This document shows positions 10,074-20,833 of a DNA stretch of 64,000 nt, piece after piece. The position numbers were made by a program, and so were the translations under genes. The stretch is from Deinococcales bacterium (GTDB taxonomy: Bacteria > Deinococcota > Deinococci > Deinococcales > JAAFIG01), in NCBI GenBank assembly GCA_043778225.1, contig JAYWGM010000015.1, positions 32,001 to 96,000 on the forward strand. The letters run 5' to 3'. The notes under the pieces are model-generated. The model searched no databases. It saw nothing but the letters and a program-made list of their open reading frames with translations, and was not told where the DNA came from. The number at the start of each line of letters is the position of its first letter. The first letter of the stretch is position 1.

Positions 10074-10967
10074 ATGACCAAAAATAAATTGCTGCTTGGC
10101 ATAGATGCTGGCGCGAGCAGCACCAAATGGGCGTTGCTAAAACCAAATTTCGAGTTTGTGGCGGCTGGGCGAACACCAGCCTTGACTGGGCATATTTTTA
10201 CCCAGCAGCAGCGCCAAGAAAATCTGGCAGCCCTCGAGTTACTTTTTGCCGTTTTGCAGGAATTTGTGCCAACCGATGCGGTGGTTGGCATCACGGGTTT
10301 AAGCATTGGCGACCAAGCAGCCCAGTTTTACCAAAGCGTTTTACTCGAGCGCTTGGGTTTATCCTCAATTTCGGTGATGTCGGATATGGATTTAGCCTAT
10401 TTGGCGCATTTTGAACGCGGTCAAGGCATATTGGTTTATGCGGGTACAGGTGGCATCGCTTATCATCTTGGGGTAGACCATGCGGTCACTCGAGCCGGCG
10501 GACGCGGTTATTTGATTGCCGACCCCGGTGGCGGTTTTAGCATTGGTCAAAAAGCCCTTGAGTTGGTTACGACCCTAATGGATGTTTCAGAGACCCCGCA
10601 AACTCATCCGCTTGCAGCAGCAATTTTTTTAGAAGTTGGCTCGAGCGAGTGGGCGGTGCTGCGCCAACACGTTTACACGGGCGGAAGACTGGCTGTGGCA
10701 GCCTTTGCGCCTTTGGTTGGAAAAGTGGCGGCGCAAAACAACCCCGATGCAATCCAAATTCTCGAGCAAGCTGGGGCAGAAATAGCAATGTTGGTGCAGC
10801 GCATTATCAGCCGAGTTGGCGTTCTACCAATAGCTCTGGCGGGTGGAGCGCTTTTGGTTTCGCCAATCGTCGCCCAAGCGGCTCAAGCCAAGCTGAATGG
10901 TTTAGAGGTGCGTCTGCTAAACTTAGATTTAGCCCAAGCGGCTGCAAAAATGGCATCGAAGCCTTAG
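10074..10967 (+). CDS. BadF/BadG-type sugar (GlcNAc-like) kinase
   Basis: GIDAGASST, AGTG, GGRGYLIADPGGG. Confidence 0.8.
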   Translation: MTKNKLLLGIDAGASSTKWALLKPNFEFVAAGRTPALTGHIFTQQQRQENLAALELLFAVLQEFVPTDAVVGITGLSIGDQAAQFYQSVLLERLGLSSISVMSDMDLAYLAHFERGQGILVYAGTGGIAYHLGVDHAVTRAGGRGYLIADPGGGFSIGQKALELVTTLMDVSETPQTHPLAAAIFLEVGSSEWAVLRQHVYTGGRLAVAAFAPLVGKVAAQNNPDAIQILEQAGAEIAMLVQRIISRVGVLPIALAGGALLVSPIVAQAAQAKLNGLEVRLLNLDLAQAAAKMASKP

Positions 10968-11158
10968 TGTTTTTTTGCCAGTGCCATCAAGACATCTTTT
11001 TCGATAATCAAGCCGTTTGTGCCAGTTCCTTTAATGTTTGTCCAGTCGAGATGATTTTCTTCGGCAATGCGTTTTGCCAATGGTGCAATGCCAGACTGAT
11101 GTTGGGTTTCTGGTTGCGCCAGACTGTTTTGTTTGAACCAGTCTTCAAAGTCGTTCAT
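10964..11158 (-). CDS. Small protein with an E3-binding (peripheral subunit binding) domain
   Basis: PLAKRIAEEN.LD...IKGTG.NG.I..KDV. Confidence 0.7.
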   Translation of the reverse strand: MNDFEDWFKQNSLAQPETQHQSGIAPLAKRIAEENHLDWTNIKGTGTNGLIIEKDVLMALAKKH

Positions 11159-11189
11159 ACATCATAGTAGCACCAATCAAGCGCAATCT

Positions 11190-11867
11190 TCATGGCTCGA
11201 GACTACTTTTTTTGGCGTGAATAATCGCAATTTTCTGCCAGATTTTCCTTGATAAACCCGTGGTCAGCACCTCGAGTTCGTTGACACTCTGGTTGGCTTC
11301 GGGGTCGTCAAATCGGGCAATGTATAAAAAGGCGATTTTTGAAATCAGCGCTAATAGTTCTGAGCAGTAATCTAGGTAGCGCCCAAGTTGTAGGTCGGTC
11401 AGTTGTGTGTTTGGATCGTTGGGGTCTTTAGAAAGCTGCTTCATGTCGACAATATGCGCCACACTGCGTAAGCGATTTAGGGCATCCACCACTCGAGTGC
11501 GTTTGACTCGAGTTTCAATCGTCATCAAAGAATAAATACCAGCTGCCAACAGCACAATTTCGCTGGTGGTTGCCTCGAGTAAGCCGACCAAATCACTGAT
11601 GTTGAGGTTACTAACGGTGATGTTTAAGCTCGAAATGGTCAGGATAAGGGCAATAAATACAACCGCTAAAAAAATACCAATCGAGAACCGCAGCCAACGA
11701 ATCGGCTTATTGATTTCGTCGGTCACTGCTGTGGTTTGTTGCGAGAAAATTATTAAATCGGCACAAGTTTCGCCCAACCCACTGCCCGGAAAGCGATGCT
11801 CGATTCGGGCATACAATTTCTCGAGCGTTTCAGTGATTTTGGTGGCTTGAAGTTCGGCATTGAGCAT
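11190..11867 (-). CDS. Hypothetical membrane protein
   Basis: 225-aa ORF with two hydrophobic segments. Confidence 0.65.
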   Translation of the reverse strand: MLNAELQATKITETLEKLYARIEHRFPGSGLGETCADLIIFSQQTTAVTDEINKPIRWLRFSIGIFLAVVFIALILTISSLNITVSNLNISDLVGLLEATTSEIVLLAAGIYSLMTIETRVKRTRVVDALNRLRSVAHIVDMKQLSKDPNDPNTQLTDLQLGRYLDYCSELLALISKIAFLYIARFDDPEANQSVNELEVLTTGLSRKIWQKIAIIHAKKSSLEP

Positions 11868-11875
11868 GAAGTATC

Positions 11876-12673
11876 TTAACGTTTTATCGGGATAGCAATT
11901 TCGGTGCGGTATTGGCTTGGGTCAGAGACCGATAACGGATGGTCTAAAAAGGTTTCGCGGACATCACCAATCATCTGATGCTCGGATTCGGCAAGCCACA
12001 TCAGTAACCGCTCGAGGGTTTGCGGGATATTGTTGTATTCTCCATAGTGAATTGCACAGGCGTATTCGGCAGACTCGAGTTCAAAAACGGTTGGTTCTTG
12101 GCTTGGAGTTGCAATGATCGGAATACAAGCTCGAATCTCCATTTCCCGTTTTCGCCACGGAATCGGATAGGTGCAAAAAGCCGCTCCATTGGTCACCAAA
12201 CCATGGCTACGGACAGTAGAATAAACCCTGCCAATGGTCTGTCCAATGATGGCTCGCATATCATTTTCTGCCCAAAGAACAGTTTGGGACAAACAAACCA
12301 TGCTCTGTTTTGGGATGATACGAAAAATTACCGAGAATGAATTTTTGTCGTTGCTGATGATCCTATCGAGCTTTTGTAGCATTTTTCGATGCTCGAGCAA
12401 ACGGTTTTCGATAAATTGCCGATGATCGAGCAATTGTTGGCTGGCTTCTTTTGGGTTTTGTAAAATTGCCAAGATGGTATCTAGGGGCATTTCGCATTCA
12501 CGAAGTAATTTGATTTGTTCGGCTATTTCGACTTGTTCTAAAGTGTAATAACGGTAGCCCGTGTCTGGGTCTATCAGGCGTGGCTCGAGGATGCCTTGGG
12601 TATTATAAAGTCGTAAGGCACGAATCGAAAGCCCGCTAAGTCGAGAGAATTTCCCTATTGAGATGAGGTTCAT
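11876..12673 (-). CDS. MerR-family regulator with GyrI-like effector domain (BmrR-like)
   Basis: SIGKFSRLSGLSIRALRLY; C-terminal HYGEY..YRTEIAIPI; start placed at MNLIS. Confidence 0.88.
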   Translation of the reverse strand: MNLISIGKFSRLSGLSIRALRLYNTQGILEPRLIDPDTGYRYYTLEQVEIAEQIKLLRECEMPLDTILAILQNPKEASQQLLDHRQFIENRLLEHRKMLQKLDRIISNDKNSFSVIFRIIPKQSMVCLSQTVLWAENDMRAIIGQTIGRVYSTVRSHGLVTNGAAFCTYPIPWRKREMEIRACIPIIATPSQEPTVFELESAEYACAIHYGEYNNIPQTLERLLMWLAESEHQMIGDVRETFLDHPLSVSDPSQYRTEIAIPIKR

Positions 12674-12751
12674 ATGACTCCCCAGCCCACACAAAACCGC
12701 AGCGCGTCTCCCGTTATGTGGCTTTTTATAATTTAGCACGTTCTCAATAGG

Positions 12752-14680
12752 TCAGCCTAACCAAAAGTATTGGTAGGGCTTTAACCAAATCATTCCCGAT
12801 TCTATTTTTATATTTTGTTGGCTGATAAAATCCCAAACTTGGTCGGTCTCGAGCCACCAAGTTGGAATGGCTTGGCTGGTTTCGGAAAAATTAAATAGGC
12901 ACAATAAACGCCCAAGCGGATGAACCCGTTCAAAGGCAAAGACCGCAGGATTTGGCGACTCGAGAACCGTGCTTTCGATCGCGGCGTGTAAATGTGGGGT
13001 ACGGATTCGAGCGTGGATTAACCCCAGAATTCCAGCTTGAACTTGGCTTTGGGCTTTTTCTTGTAGGGTTTTTGGCTGAGTCAGCTTTGGTAGTACACCC
13101 CAAGGAAATTTTTGGCGGTGAACCCAACGGTTATCCATTGCCATTTCGGGTTGCTCGAGGTAACTCAGGTCGTTTAAGAGTGCCAATTCATCGCCCATAT
13201 AGAGCAGTGGGATTCCACCAAAAGAAAAAACCACGGCATGGGTCATCAGTAAGCGTTGTAGACTTAATTCAACTTGGCGTGGGTTTTGTTGCTCGAGGGC
13301 TAATTCTAAGCCAGCCAGACTGGCGGCACTGCCCGAGATTCGGCGGTCATGGGTTTTTGGGTTTTCTTGAAAAACCAAGCCTCTGGCGTGTGAACCAGCA
13401 AAAATTCCACTGTAAAAATCGGACAAAAAACGCCGATGGGCATAACCATCTAAGCCGACATCTCGAGCATCGGCATCCGAAATCGCCCAGCCAATGTCGT
13501 CGTGACAACGCACATAAGTATTCCAAGCGGTGTTGTTTGGCTTCTTTGGGAATTGGCGCAGTGCATGGCTCATCAGGCGGGTGTTGCGTGAAGCCAAACT
13601 CGACCAGAGTTGCACCATCAGGCTGTTATGATAGGCGCTGTCCGAAACCTTACCAAAGTGCTTACCCTGCCCAAGATAATGAATCAGGTCGTTTGGGGCA
13701 ACAATCGCTTCGGCTTTGAACAGCACGGCTGGCGCGACGATTCTTGCCACACTTCGCAGGGCTTGGGTAATCTGATGCACTTCTGGTAGGTTTTGGCAAT
13801 TTGTGCCAAGGCGCTTAAAGATAAAAGCAATCGCATCGAGCCTAAAAATATCAATGCCTTTGTTAGCAAGCCATAAAATCACGTCGACAAACTCGAAAAA
13901 AACCTCAAAATTGCCCCAGTTAAGGTCCCATTGCCAAGTGTTAAAAGTTGTCCAGACCCAGTTTTTAGATTCCAGATTGAACGTAAAATTGCCCGGTGCA
14001 AAATCTGGAAAAACCTCTGGTAAGTGCTGCTCGAGTTGGTCGGGCATGGTGCGGTCTGGGTAAAAATAAAAATAGTCTTGGTATTTGCGCTCACCACTTT
14101 GGGCGCGTACCGCCCATTCGTGTTCCATTGCCACATGGTTTAAGACCAAATCGCAGCATAAAGAAATTCCTTTTTGGTGCAGCGCTTCAGTCAGTCGCTC
14201 GAGGTCATCCATTGTGCCAAGGTCGGAACGCACTTGGCGAAAATTTTGCACCGCATAGCCACCATCGTGTGGGGCTGGGCGGGGCTGCAAAAATGGCATC
14301 AGGTGCAAATACTTAATTTTTAAGGATTCCAAATACGGTATTTTCTCGATAATGCCAGCTAAATTGCCAGCAAAACGCTCGGTGTACGCCACATAGGCAA
14401 TCATTTCGGGTTCTTGAAACCAATCTGGCGCAAGTAAGCGCTCTGAGTCAAGTTGGCGCAGACTTGTTTTGCGTTGGCTGTGGTGCGTGGTCATGACCTC
14501 GAGTAGCTGCTCGAGTTGGTCGGACGTGGGCGCATAGACCTCGAGTCCAGCCATTAAATCGGGTAAATACCTTTTGAGCCGTGCCAAAAAGACATCGCGC
14601 TCTGGCAATACAAGAGAAATCTTTGTCTCGAGGTTATCGAGCAAATGCCGTTGAGCAGGGGATAGGGGAGAGGAAAACAT
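12752..14680 (-). CDS. Amylosucrase / GH13 glycoside hydrolase
   Basis: DLVLNH, FRLDA, KAEAIV, YVRCHDDIGW, DNRWVHR. Confidence 0.9.
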   Translation of the reverse strand: MFSSPLSPAQRHLLDNLETKISLVLPERDVFLARLKRYLPDLMAGLEVYAPTSDQLEQLLEVMTTHHSQRKTSLRQLDSERLLAPDWFQEPEMIAYVAYTERFAGNLAGIIEKIPYLESLKIKYLHLMPFLQPRPAPHDGGYAVQNFRQVRSDLGTMDDLERLTEALHQKGISLCCDLVLNHVAMEHEWAVRAQSGERKYQDYFYFYPDRTMPDQLEQHLPEVFPDFAPGNFTFNLESKNWVWTTFNTWQWDLNWGNFEVFFEFVDVILWLANKGIDIFRLDAIAFIFKRLGTNCQNLPEVHQITQALRSVARIVAPAVLFKAEAIVAPNDLIHYLGQGKHFGKVSDSAYHNSLMVQLWSSLASRNTRLMSHALRQFPKKPNNTAWNTYVRCHDDIGWAISDADARDVGLDGYAHRRFLSDFYSGIFAGSHARGLVFQENPKTHDRRISGSAASLAGLELALEQQNPRQVELSLQRLLMTHAVVFSFGGIPLLYMGDELALLNDLSYLEQPEMAMDNRWVHRQKFPWGVLPKLTQPKTLQEKAQSQVQAGILGLIHARIRTPHLHAAIESTVLESPNPAVFAFERVHPLGRLLCLFNFSETSQAIPTWWLETDQVWDFISQQNIKIESGMIWLKPYQYFWLG

Positions 14681-14756
14681 ATCGTAAACGCTTACGGGTA
14701 GTTTAACATAAAAAGCCGCATTGAACCAAAATCGTTCTTGGCGCGTACACTAAGTC

Positions 14757-16154
14757 ATGATGCCCGCCTTTATTGCCAGTGTTGCGCTTGCTGCGCTCAG
14801 TCTGCTCGCCCGAGTGCTGTTTAATATCCCTTCGCCACTCGAAAAACTCTACACGACGATCACTTTTTGGCTTGGTACACCCGAAATGTTTCAATTGGTG
14901 CATAAGTTACTTGGCTTTGGTGAAGCTGGGAAAATCGCGGCCTTTCTTGGCTCGAGCCTGCTTTTTATTGGCGGTCTGACTATTTTGGGGAGGGTTGGCG
15001 TGCTGCCCGCCACGCTTGGTGTGGCTTTGCTTTCGCTTGGGCTTTTATTCTCGAGTCAAGGCTTGGCTGCTTTTATCTGGGCGGTCGCTTATGCTGGCTT
15101 GTATTTTGGCATTCGCCGTATTCTCGAGCCTTTGCAGACCGACCCTGAACGGCGTGGCACACTGCAAACCCTGACGGGGGGCGCAGTCGGGGTGCTTGGG
15201 CTTGGTGCATTTGGCTTTTTGCAACCGCTTCTGCGTGGCTCGAGTGCAGTCGCGGCTGCGCCACTGGCTGCCAACACCCCTAAATTGCCAGACGGCATTG
15301 TGTCGCAAAAAGACTTGTACTATGTTTCGATCAACAACGAATTGCTCGACCCTAAAGTCAAAGAAGAGTCCTGGACGCTTGAGTTGGCTGGGCTGGTCAA
15401 AAATCCACAAAAATTTACCCTCCAAGAACTCAAAGACCAATTTAAGCCCCAAGACCTCGAGTTCACCATGAGTTGTATTTCTAATCCAGTTGGCGGCACG
15501 TTGATTGGCAACTGTAACTGGCGCGGTTTGCGGGTTAAGGATTTACTCGAGCAAGTTGGTATACAAGCAGGCGCAAAATGGATTACATGGGAAGCCGCCG
15601 ATGGTTTTTATGAATCCTTGCCACTCGGAGAAGCGCTCGAGGATGATGTGCTGCTGGCATATTTTATCAATGGTGAGCCATTAAACAATAAGCATGGTTT
15701 TCCATTGCGTTTAATTCTGCCAGGGCATTACGGCATGAAGCAACCGCGTTGGATGACCAAAATTACGCTCAGCAGTGAAGAACGCCTTGGTTACTGGGCA
15801 AACCGTGGCTGGAGCAAAACCGCCTATATTCAGCCCCACAGCCGTATAGACGACCTCGAGAAACTGAGTGCAGGACAAGTCACAACTTTGCGCGGAATTG
15901 CCTACGCGGGTATCGAAGCAATCGAAAAAGTCGAAGTCAGCACCGATGGCGGCAAAACGTGGAACAGCGCCAGCCTCGAGAAACGCGCCCGTTATGCTTG
16001 GACTCGTTGGACATTGGCATGGACTCCAACCTCTGGGCAGCACCAGTTGGTTGTGCGCTGTTATGCGGCAGGAAAAGTACAAACCGAAGAAATGCGCGAT
16101 AGCCTGCCAGAAGCCGCCAGCGGTTGGCATAAGCTCAATGCTTTTGTGGCTTAG
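14757..16154 (+). CDS. Membrane-anchored molybdopterin-dependent oxidoreductase (sulfite oxidase family)
   Basis: CISNPVGG, HGFPLRLILPG.YGMK; internal RR twin-arginine-like segment. Confidence 0.85.
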   Translation: MMPAFIASVALAALSLLARVLFNIPSPLEKLYTTITFWLGTPEMFQLVHKLLGFGEAGKIAAFLGSSLLFIGGLTILGRVGVLPATLGVALLSLGLLFSSQGLAAFIWAVAYAGLYFGIRRILEPLQTDPERRGTLQTLTGGAVGVLGLGAFGFLQPLLRGSSAVAAAPLAANTPKLPDGIVSQKDLYYVSINNELLDPKVKEESWTLELAGLVKNPQKFTLQELKDQFKPQDLEFTMSCISNPVGGTLIGNCNWRGLRVKDLLEQVGIQAGAKWITWEAADGFYESLPLGEALEDDVLLAYFINGEPLNNKHGFPLRLILPGHYGMKQPRWMTKITLSSEERLGYWANRGWSKTAYIQPHSRIDDLEKLSAGQVTTLRGIAYAGIEAIEKVEVSTDGGKTWNSASLEKRARYAWTRWTLAWTPTSGQHQLVVRCYAAGKVQTEEMRDSLPEAASGWHKLNAFVA

Positions 16155-16683
16155 GGCAAAACTTTTATCGTGCCTTCGCCAGCCACGACCCAAAAGTGTT
16201 TGTCTAAGCTCATCACTAAGCCGCCGTTGCGTTCGGCGCAAGCAACCACCAGCGCATCGGCAAGTCCAAGTGGCAGGTTTTGGTACTTGTTGACCAAAAC
16301 TTGGGCGCGTTTAATATCTTGGTCTTGTGGTGCTAATACCAAATTATGTTAATCAGTCGCGTATTTTGACTGATTAACCGACTAAAAGGAGTGATAACAG
16401 AACCGAATTAACGCTTGAACGACAGTTTGACCGTGTTTTTTGGTCAAACGAGAGTGATTAAGTTAATTCGGTATAATTGATAAATTCCCGATTGAATGTC
16501 GTTTAGAAAAGCATTTAGGGCGTAAAGTCCAAGGCGCTGCTCGAGCAGCCAAGCAATTTCTGTGAGAATTCCTGTTGGAATCAGGTACGGAGTTGGGAAT
16601 TTCAAAACCATTTCTCGAGACCGTTTATGGTCTGGGTCTTTTTGATTCGCCAGAGCAAAAACTACACTCGTATCAAGGGTCAT
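16151..16683 (-). pseudogene. PIN/VapC toxin gene split by a ~135-bp insertion
   Basis: N-half MTLDTS..EIAWLL and C-half LGLADA..SLDKHF lie in separate ORFs. Confidence 0.8.
16342..16478. mobile_element. MITE-like multi-hairpin insertion
   Basis: Three perfect stems of 11, 11 and 8 bp; AATTAT/ATAATT ends; interrupts the PIN gene. Confidence 0.6.
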
Positions 16684-16901
16684 TTCAATGGGTCCCAATT
16701 CTTGTACAACCATTCTTCGCTGTCTGCGCCAGTCAAATCACTTTCGCCAATGCCAAGTGACGAAAACACCAAATTATTTGGCAATAAGTAGCGCGATTCA
16801 AGGTCTTTGGTCAAAAACTGTTCAACTGTCAGACCGTGTTGGTCTGCAATAAAATGCAGCTTTTCCTCGAGTTGTGGTTTTAAGGTTAGCACTAAAGTCA
16901 T
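16680..16901 (-). CDS. Putative antitoxin
   Basis: 73 aa, ATGA overlap with the PIN gene, SLGIGES...SEEWL tail. Confidence 0.65.
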   Translation of the reverse strand: MTLVLTLKPQLEEKLHFIADQHGLTVEQFLTKDLESRYLLPNNLVFSSLGIGESDLTGADSEEWLYKNWDPLK

Positions 16902-16968
16902 ACCTTAGATTGTAGCAGCAAAAAGTGAACCGAGTACAACCACAGCCACTTGTCTCGAGCCACGCTAA

Positions 16969-17481
<513 letters not shown>

Positions 17482-17601
17482 ATCTCGAGAAGAAAGTGCG
17501 TTCGGAACTTGGAACAAAGAAAAGCACTTTTTGCAAGGTATCCGTTTCCAAATCTTGCAGAACAATTTGATCCTCTACCCAAAGCCCAAAGCTAAACTTT
17601 T

Positions 17602-18321
17602 TTACTCAAGTAAATTCCGCAACCAACGCTCGGGGGTATTCAAAAACCCTTTCCAATCGCGCAGCAACTCGAGGTCGTTGGTGCTGCTTTGGCGAATACC
17701 CCAAGCCCCAAACTCGAGCAGACTGGCATTGGGCAAAGACAATAAAATTGGTGAATGGGTGGCACAAATCACTTGCGCCCCTCGAGCCGCTAAATTGTGC
17801 AGTAGCCCAAGCAAAGCCAATTGCGACCCAAAACTTAAAGCCGTTTCGGGTTCGTCCAGCAAATAAAACCCACTCGAGTCAAAATGCTCATTAAAAATAT
17901 GCAGCAAGCGCTCACCGTGCGAACGAGAACTGTAGCCGCGTTCTTTGCGCCGAGCGCGGGTGGACTCGAGGTCGGCAATTAAATCCAACAACGTACTGGC
18001 ACGAAGAAAAAAACCTTCTGGCGAAGCATTATCTGGCGTACCAAGTTTGGTATTCCAAGCCAAAGGCGCATCCTCGAGTGAAAGTTCTGTGCCAGTGCGC
18101 CGTAAATATGGCGTGGCTGCCCCAATGCGTTTGTAGCGCACCGCAATACTCTCGAGAACCGTGGTTTTACCTGAACCGTTCTCGCCCACAAAGAAAGTAA
18201 TCGGACTCGAGAACTTTAGCCCCAAATCCCGAATCTGTTGCACTGCCGCAATGTCGTATGGATGCCGTTCGAGCCAAGGCTCTGATTCATAATTGAGTGA
18301 CTGTAAATGTAGCCGTTTCAT
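17602..18321 (-). CDS. ABC-like AAA ATPase (COG3910-like)
   Basis: GENGSGKT, SHGE, LLDEPE, ATHSP. Confidence 0.85.
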   Translation of the reverse strand: MKRLHLQSLNYESEPWLERHPYDIAAVQQIRDLGLKFSSPITFFVGENGSGKTTVLESIAVRYKRIGAATPYLRRTGTELSLEDAPLAWNTKLGTPDNASPEGFFLRASTLLDLIADLESTRARRKERGYSSRSHGERLLHIFNEHFDSSGFYLLDEPETALSFGSQLALLGLLHNLAARGAQVICATHSPILLSLPNASLLEFGAWGIRQSSTNDLELLRDWKGFLNTPERWLRNLLE

Positions 18322-18334
18322 GTCCGTATTCTAC

Positions 18335-18370
18335 AAAAAAGGACGAAAGCATGAAACCTTCGTCCTTTTT
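18335..18370. terminator. Intrinsic terminator, possibly bidirectional
   Basis: AAAAAAGGACGAA...TTCGTCCTTTTT. Confidence 0.8.
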
Positions 18371-18399
18371 ACCTTTTGACCTTTTGACCTTTTGACCTT
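18371..18399. repeat. 8-mer tandem repeat (ACCTTTTG) x3.6
   Basis: Read directly from the sequence. Confidence 0.85.
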
Positions 18400-19657
18400 A
18401 CTTAGTGCGTCCAGCCAACAAATCTTCGGCTTGTTTCTGGGCTTTATCAAGTGCGTCTTTGGCGCTGATTTTACCAGCCACGGCTTCCTTAATCCCAGCC
18501 TCGAGAATGTTAAAGCGAATTGCTTCCCAGTCGGACAAGCGTGGTTCGTAATCGGCGAAACGAGCTTGTTTAATCACGTTGTCAAAATCTGGGTTGGCTT
18601 TGACAAAGGTTTTGTAGTCGCTTGTTTCTTGGGCAAGGTCGCTCGAGGGAACATAGCCAGTTTGGGTGGCGAAAATGGCGCTGTTGCGGGCTTGCATCGC
18701 AAAGTTCATAAATTTACCAGCCAAGTTTTGTTGGGCTTTTGAAGCATCGTTAAAAACCACTAGGTTTGTGCCTTGGATTAAAGCAATCCCCGGAACGCCA
18801 CGTTTTGCGCCCGGTAGCGTGTTAATGCCAAGATTGAACTTGGCGGCGCTTTTGTAAAATGGCATACCCGCACTGGTGTCCAGCGCAAAGCCAAAGGTGT
18901 CGTTCAGTTGGCTGTTGATAAACCCAGAAGTAATTGGACGGGCTGCTTTTTCGGCACTTAAATCTAAAAACCATTGCAAGGCTTTGACTGCAATTGGGCT
19001 GTTGAGCTTGACTTTGCCATTTTCTTCGTATTTACCGCCAAGGGTCAGGAAAATTGGGGCAAAGGTGCTGGCGGTTGGTTGAAACCAAAAGGCTGGAGCG
19101 CCTTGGGCTTTAGAAATGGCTCTGACGGTGCTGGTGAATTCCTCGAGCGTGGTTGGCACTTTGGCATTGTATTTTTTTAAGAGGTCTTTGTTGACGTACA
19201 TTAACTGTACACTTTTGTTAAACGGCAAACCGTACAGCACGCCCTTAAAGGTCGCAGCCTCGATAAAGCGTTTTTGTAAGTATTGGGTACGAACGCCAAC
19301 CGTTTTGAGGTCGGTCAGTTTATCTGCCTCGAGATACAAAGCAATGTTGTTCTCAAAGGCTTGTGCCATTGCTGGAACTTTACCAGCCGCAAAGCCAGCT
19401 TTGAGTTTGGTGGATAAATCGCCATAACCGCCCTGTGGAATTGGCAAAATACACGCACCATCCGAAGTTTTATTAAACTCGGCAGCCAGTGCATTTAAGA
19501 CATTTTGCTGCACCGCATCGCGGAAACCATGCCAAAATTCGGCAACCGTCGTGGCTTTGGCACACTGGGCTTTAACCACATCGGCGGGGGTTTGTTGCGC
19601 CCAAGTTGTGGCGGCGGCAATCACACCGAACGCACCTAAAATAGCAATCTTTTTCAT
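18398..19657 (-). CDS. ABC transporter extracellular solute-binding protein (family 1)
   Basis: Signal peptide MKKIAILG, FWHG, YGLPFNKS; GGAG RBS. Confidence 0.85.
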   Translation of the reverse strand: MKKIAILGAFGVIAAATTWAQQTPADVVKAQCAKATTVAEFWHGFRDAVQQNVLNALAAEFNKTSDGACILPIPQGGYGDLSTKLKAGFAAGKVPAMAQAFENNIALYLEADKLTDLKTVGVRTQYLQKRFIEAATFKGVLYGLPFNKSVQLMYVNKDLLKKYNAKVPTTLEEFTSTVRAISKAQGAPAFWFQPTASTFAPIFLTLGGKYEENGKVKLNSPIAVKALQWFLDLSAEKAARPITSGFINSQLNDTFGFALDTSAGMPFYKSAAKFNLGINTLPGAKRGVPGIALIQGTNLVVFNDASKAQQNLAGKFMNFAMQARNSAIFATQTGYVPSSDLAQETSDYKTFVKANPDFDNVIKQARFADYEPRLSDWEAIRFNILEAGIKEAVAGKISAKDALDKAQKQAEDLLAGRTK

Positions 19658-19729
19658 TTTACTCCTTTTTTCTACTGGCTCGAGCCTCCTCGAGCAACAC
19701 CTGTACTCTAGCATTTGACTTAACCCTTG

Positions 19730-20356
19730 TCAGGTCTTGGTCAGATGCTCAAACTGAGCAATCAGCAGCGCACACCCAGACTCGAGGCTGACGGTTATTG
19801 CGCCAAGTGCGATGTTAGAAATCCCAAGGCTCGAGCCAACCCCCAAGCTAGATTGCTCGAGATTCCATTTTGCCCCAGACAGCCTTAAACCAACACAAGG
19901 CTCGAGTGCCAACAAACTAAAAGTCTGGTTTGGCTCGAGGGCAATTCGGTGCTGCGTGGTAATCACCCAGCCAGCTTCATTGCCACTCTCGAGCGCTATT
20001 TCAAAACCGTTTTGCGATTCTCGAGCCGCCAAAAGAGCGATTGCCAGTGCATGGTCAAAGCGTCCGCCAAATGCGCCAAGAATCATGGTGCTGGTTGCTC
20101 CAAGGCTTTTAGCGCAAATCAGGGCTAACTCGAGGTCGGTCATGTCTTTTTCTTTGGGAAAGGTCTGGCGCGGTGCATTTAAGACAATCCCATCGCTCGA
20201 GTCAAAATCGCCAACCCACTGGGTGACGGTTAAGCCTAGGGCAATCGCGTGTCGCGCTCCGCCGTCGGCGGCAATCACAAGGCTGGCGGCTTGTGCCAAG
20301 GCTTGCACTCGAGGCGTAACGCTCAGGTGTCCAGCCGCAAGGATGATGGCGTGCAT
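19730..20356 (-). CDS. thiN: Thiamine pyrophosphokinase
   Basis: AADGG, GDFDS, KDMTD, GGRFDH, LGISN. Confidence 0.92.
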   Translation of the reverse strand: MHAIILAAGHLSVTPRVQALAQAASLVIAADGGARHAIALGLTVTQWVGDFDSSDGIVLNAPRQTFPKEKDMTDLELALICAKSLGATSTMILGAFGGRFDHALAIALLAARESQNGFEIALESGNEAGWVITTQHRIALEPNQTFSLLALEPCVGLRLSGAKWNLEQSSLGVGSSLGISNIALGAITVSLESGCALLIAQFEHLTKT

Positions 20357-20359
20357 GAT

Positions 20360-20833
20360 TTATTTTCTTTTGATACTCGGTTTTTCGTCCTCGCCTATTT
20401 CAAGGTTTTGAATCGCCGAGACAAAATCTTGGACATTATCAAAATCCTTGTAGACGCTGGCAAAGCGAATATACGCCACATCGTCGATGCCATGTAAAAA
20501 CTTCATGGCACGACGACCAATTTCGACACTCTGGATTTCGGTATCGCCAAAACCGTCCTCGAGACTAAAGGCAAACGCCCGCAAGCGCTCGGCATCCACT
20601 GGGCGTTTTTCGCAAGCGATAATTAAACCACGCAGTAATTTGTCTGGGTCAAAAGTTTCTTTGCGCCCAGAGCGTTTCAGTACGGTTAAAGGCTCAAATT
20701 GGGCGCGTTCATAACTGGTAAAGCGATAAGCGCAATTTGGGCATTCGCGCCTGCGGCGAATACTTGCGCCTTCGTCGGATGGACGCGAATCTACCACTCG
20801 AGTATCTGGATGCTGACAACGAGGACATTTCAT
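20360..20833 (-). CDS. nrdR: Transcriptional repressor NrdR
   Basis: CP.C..VVDSR..RRRREC, ATP cone, AYIRFASVY. Confidence 0.97.
   Translation of the reverse strand: MKCPRCQHPDTRVVDSRPSDEGASIRRRRECPNCAYRFTSYERAQFEPLTVLKRSGRKETFDPDKLLRGLIIACEKRPVDAERLRAFAFSLEDGFGDTEIQSVEIGRRAMKFLHGIDDVAYIRFASVYKDFDNVQDFVSAIQNLEIGEDEKPSIKRK

Noticed and set aside
12952..13719. 255-aa plus-strand ORF
   Set aside because: Antisense shadow of amylosucrase with no motifs.
17602..18321. Lone ABC-like ATPase as a defence gene
   Set aside because: No partner effector adjacent; a common stand-alone family.
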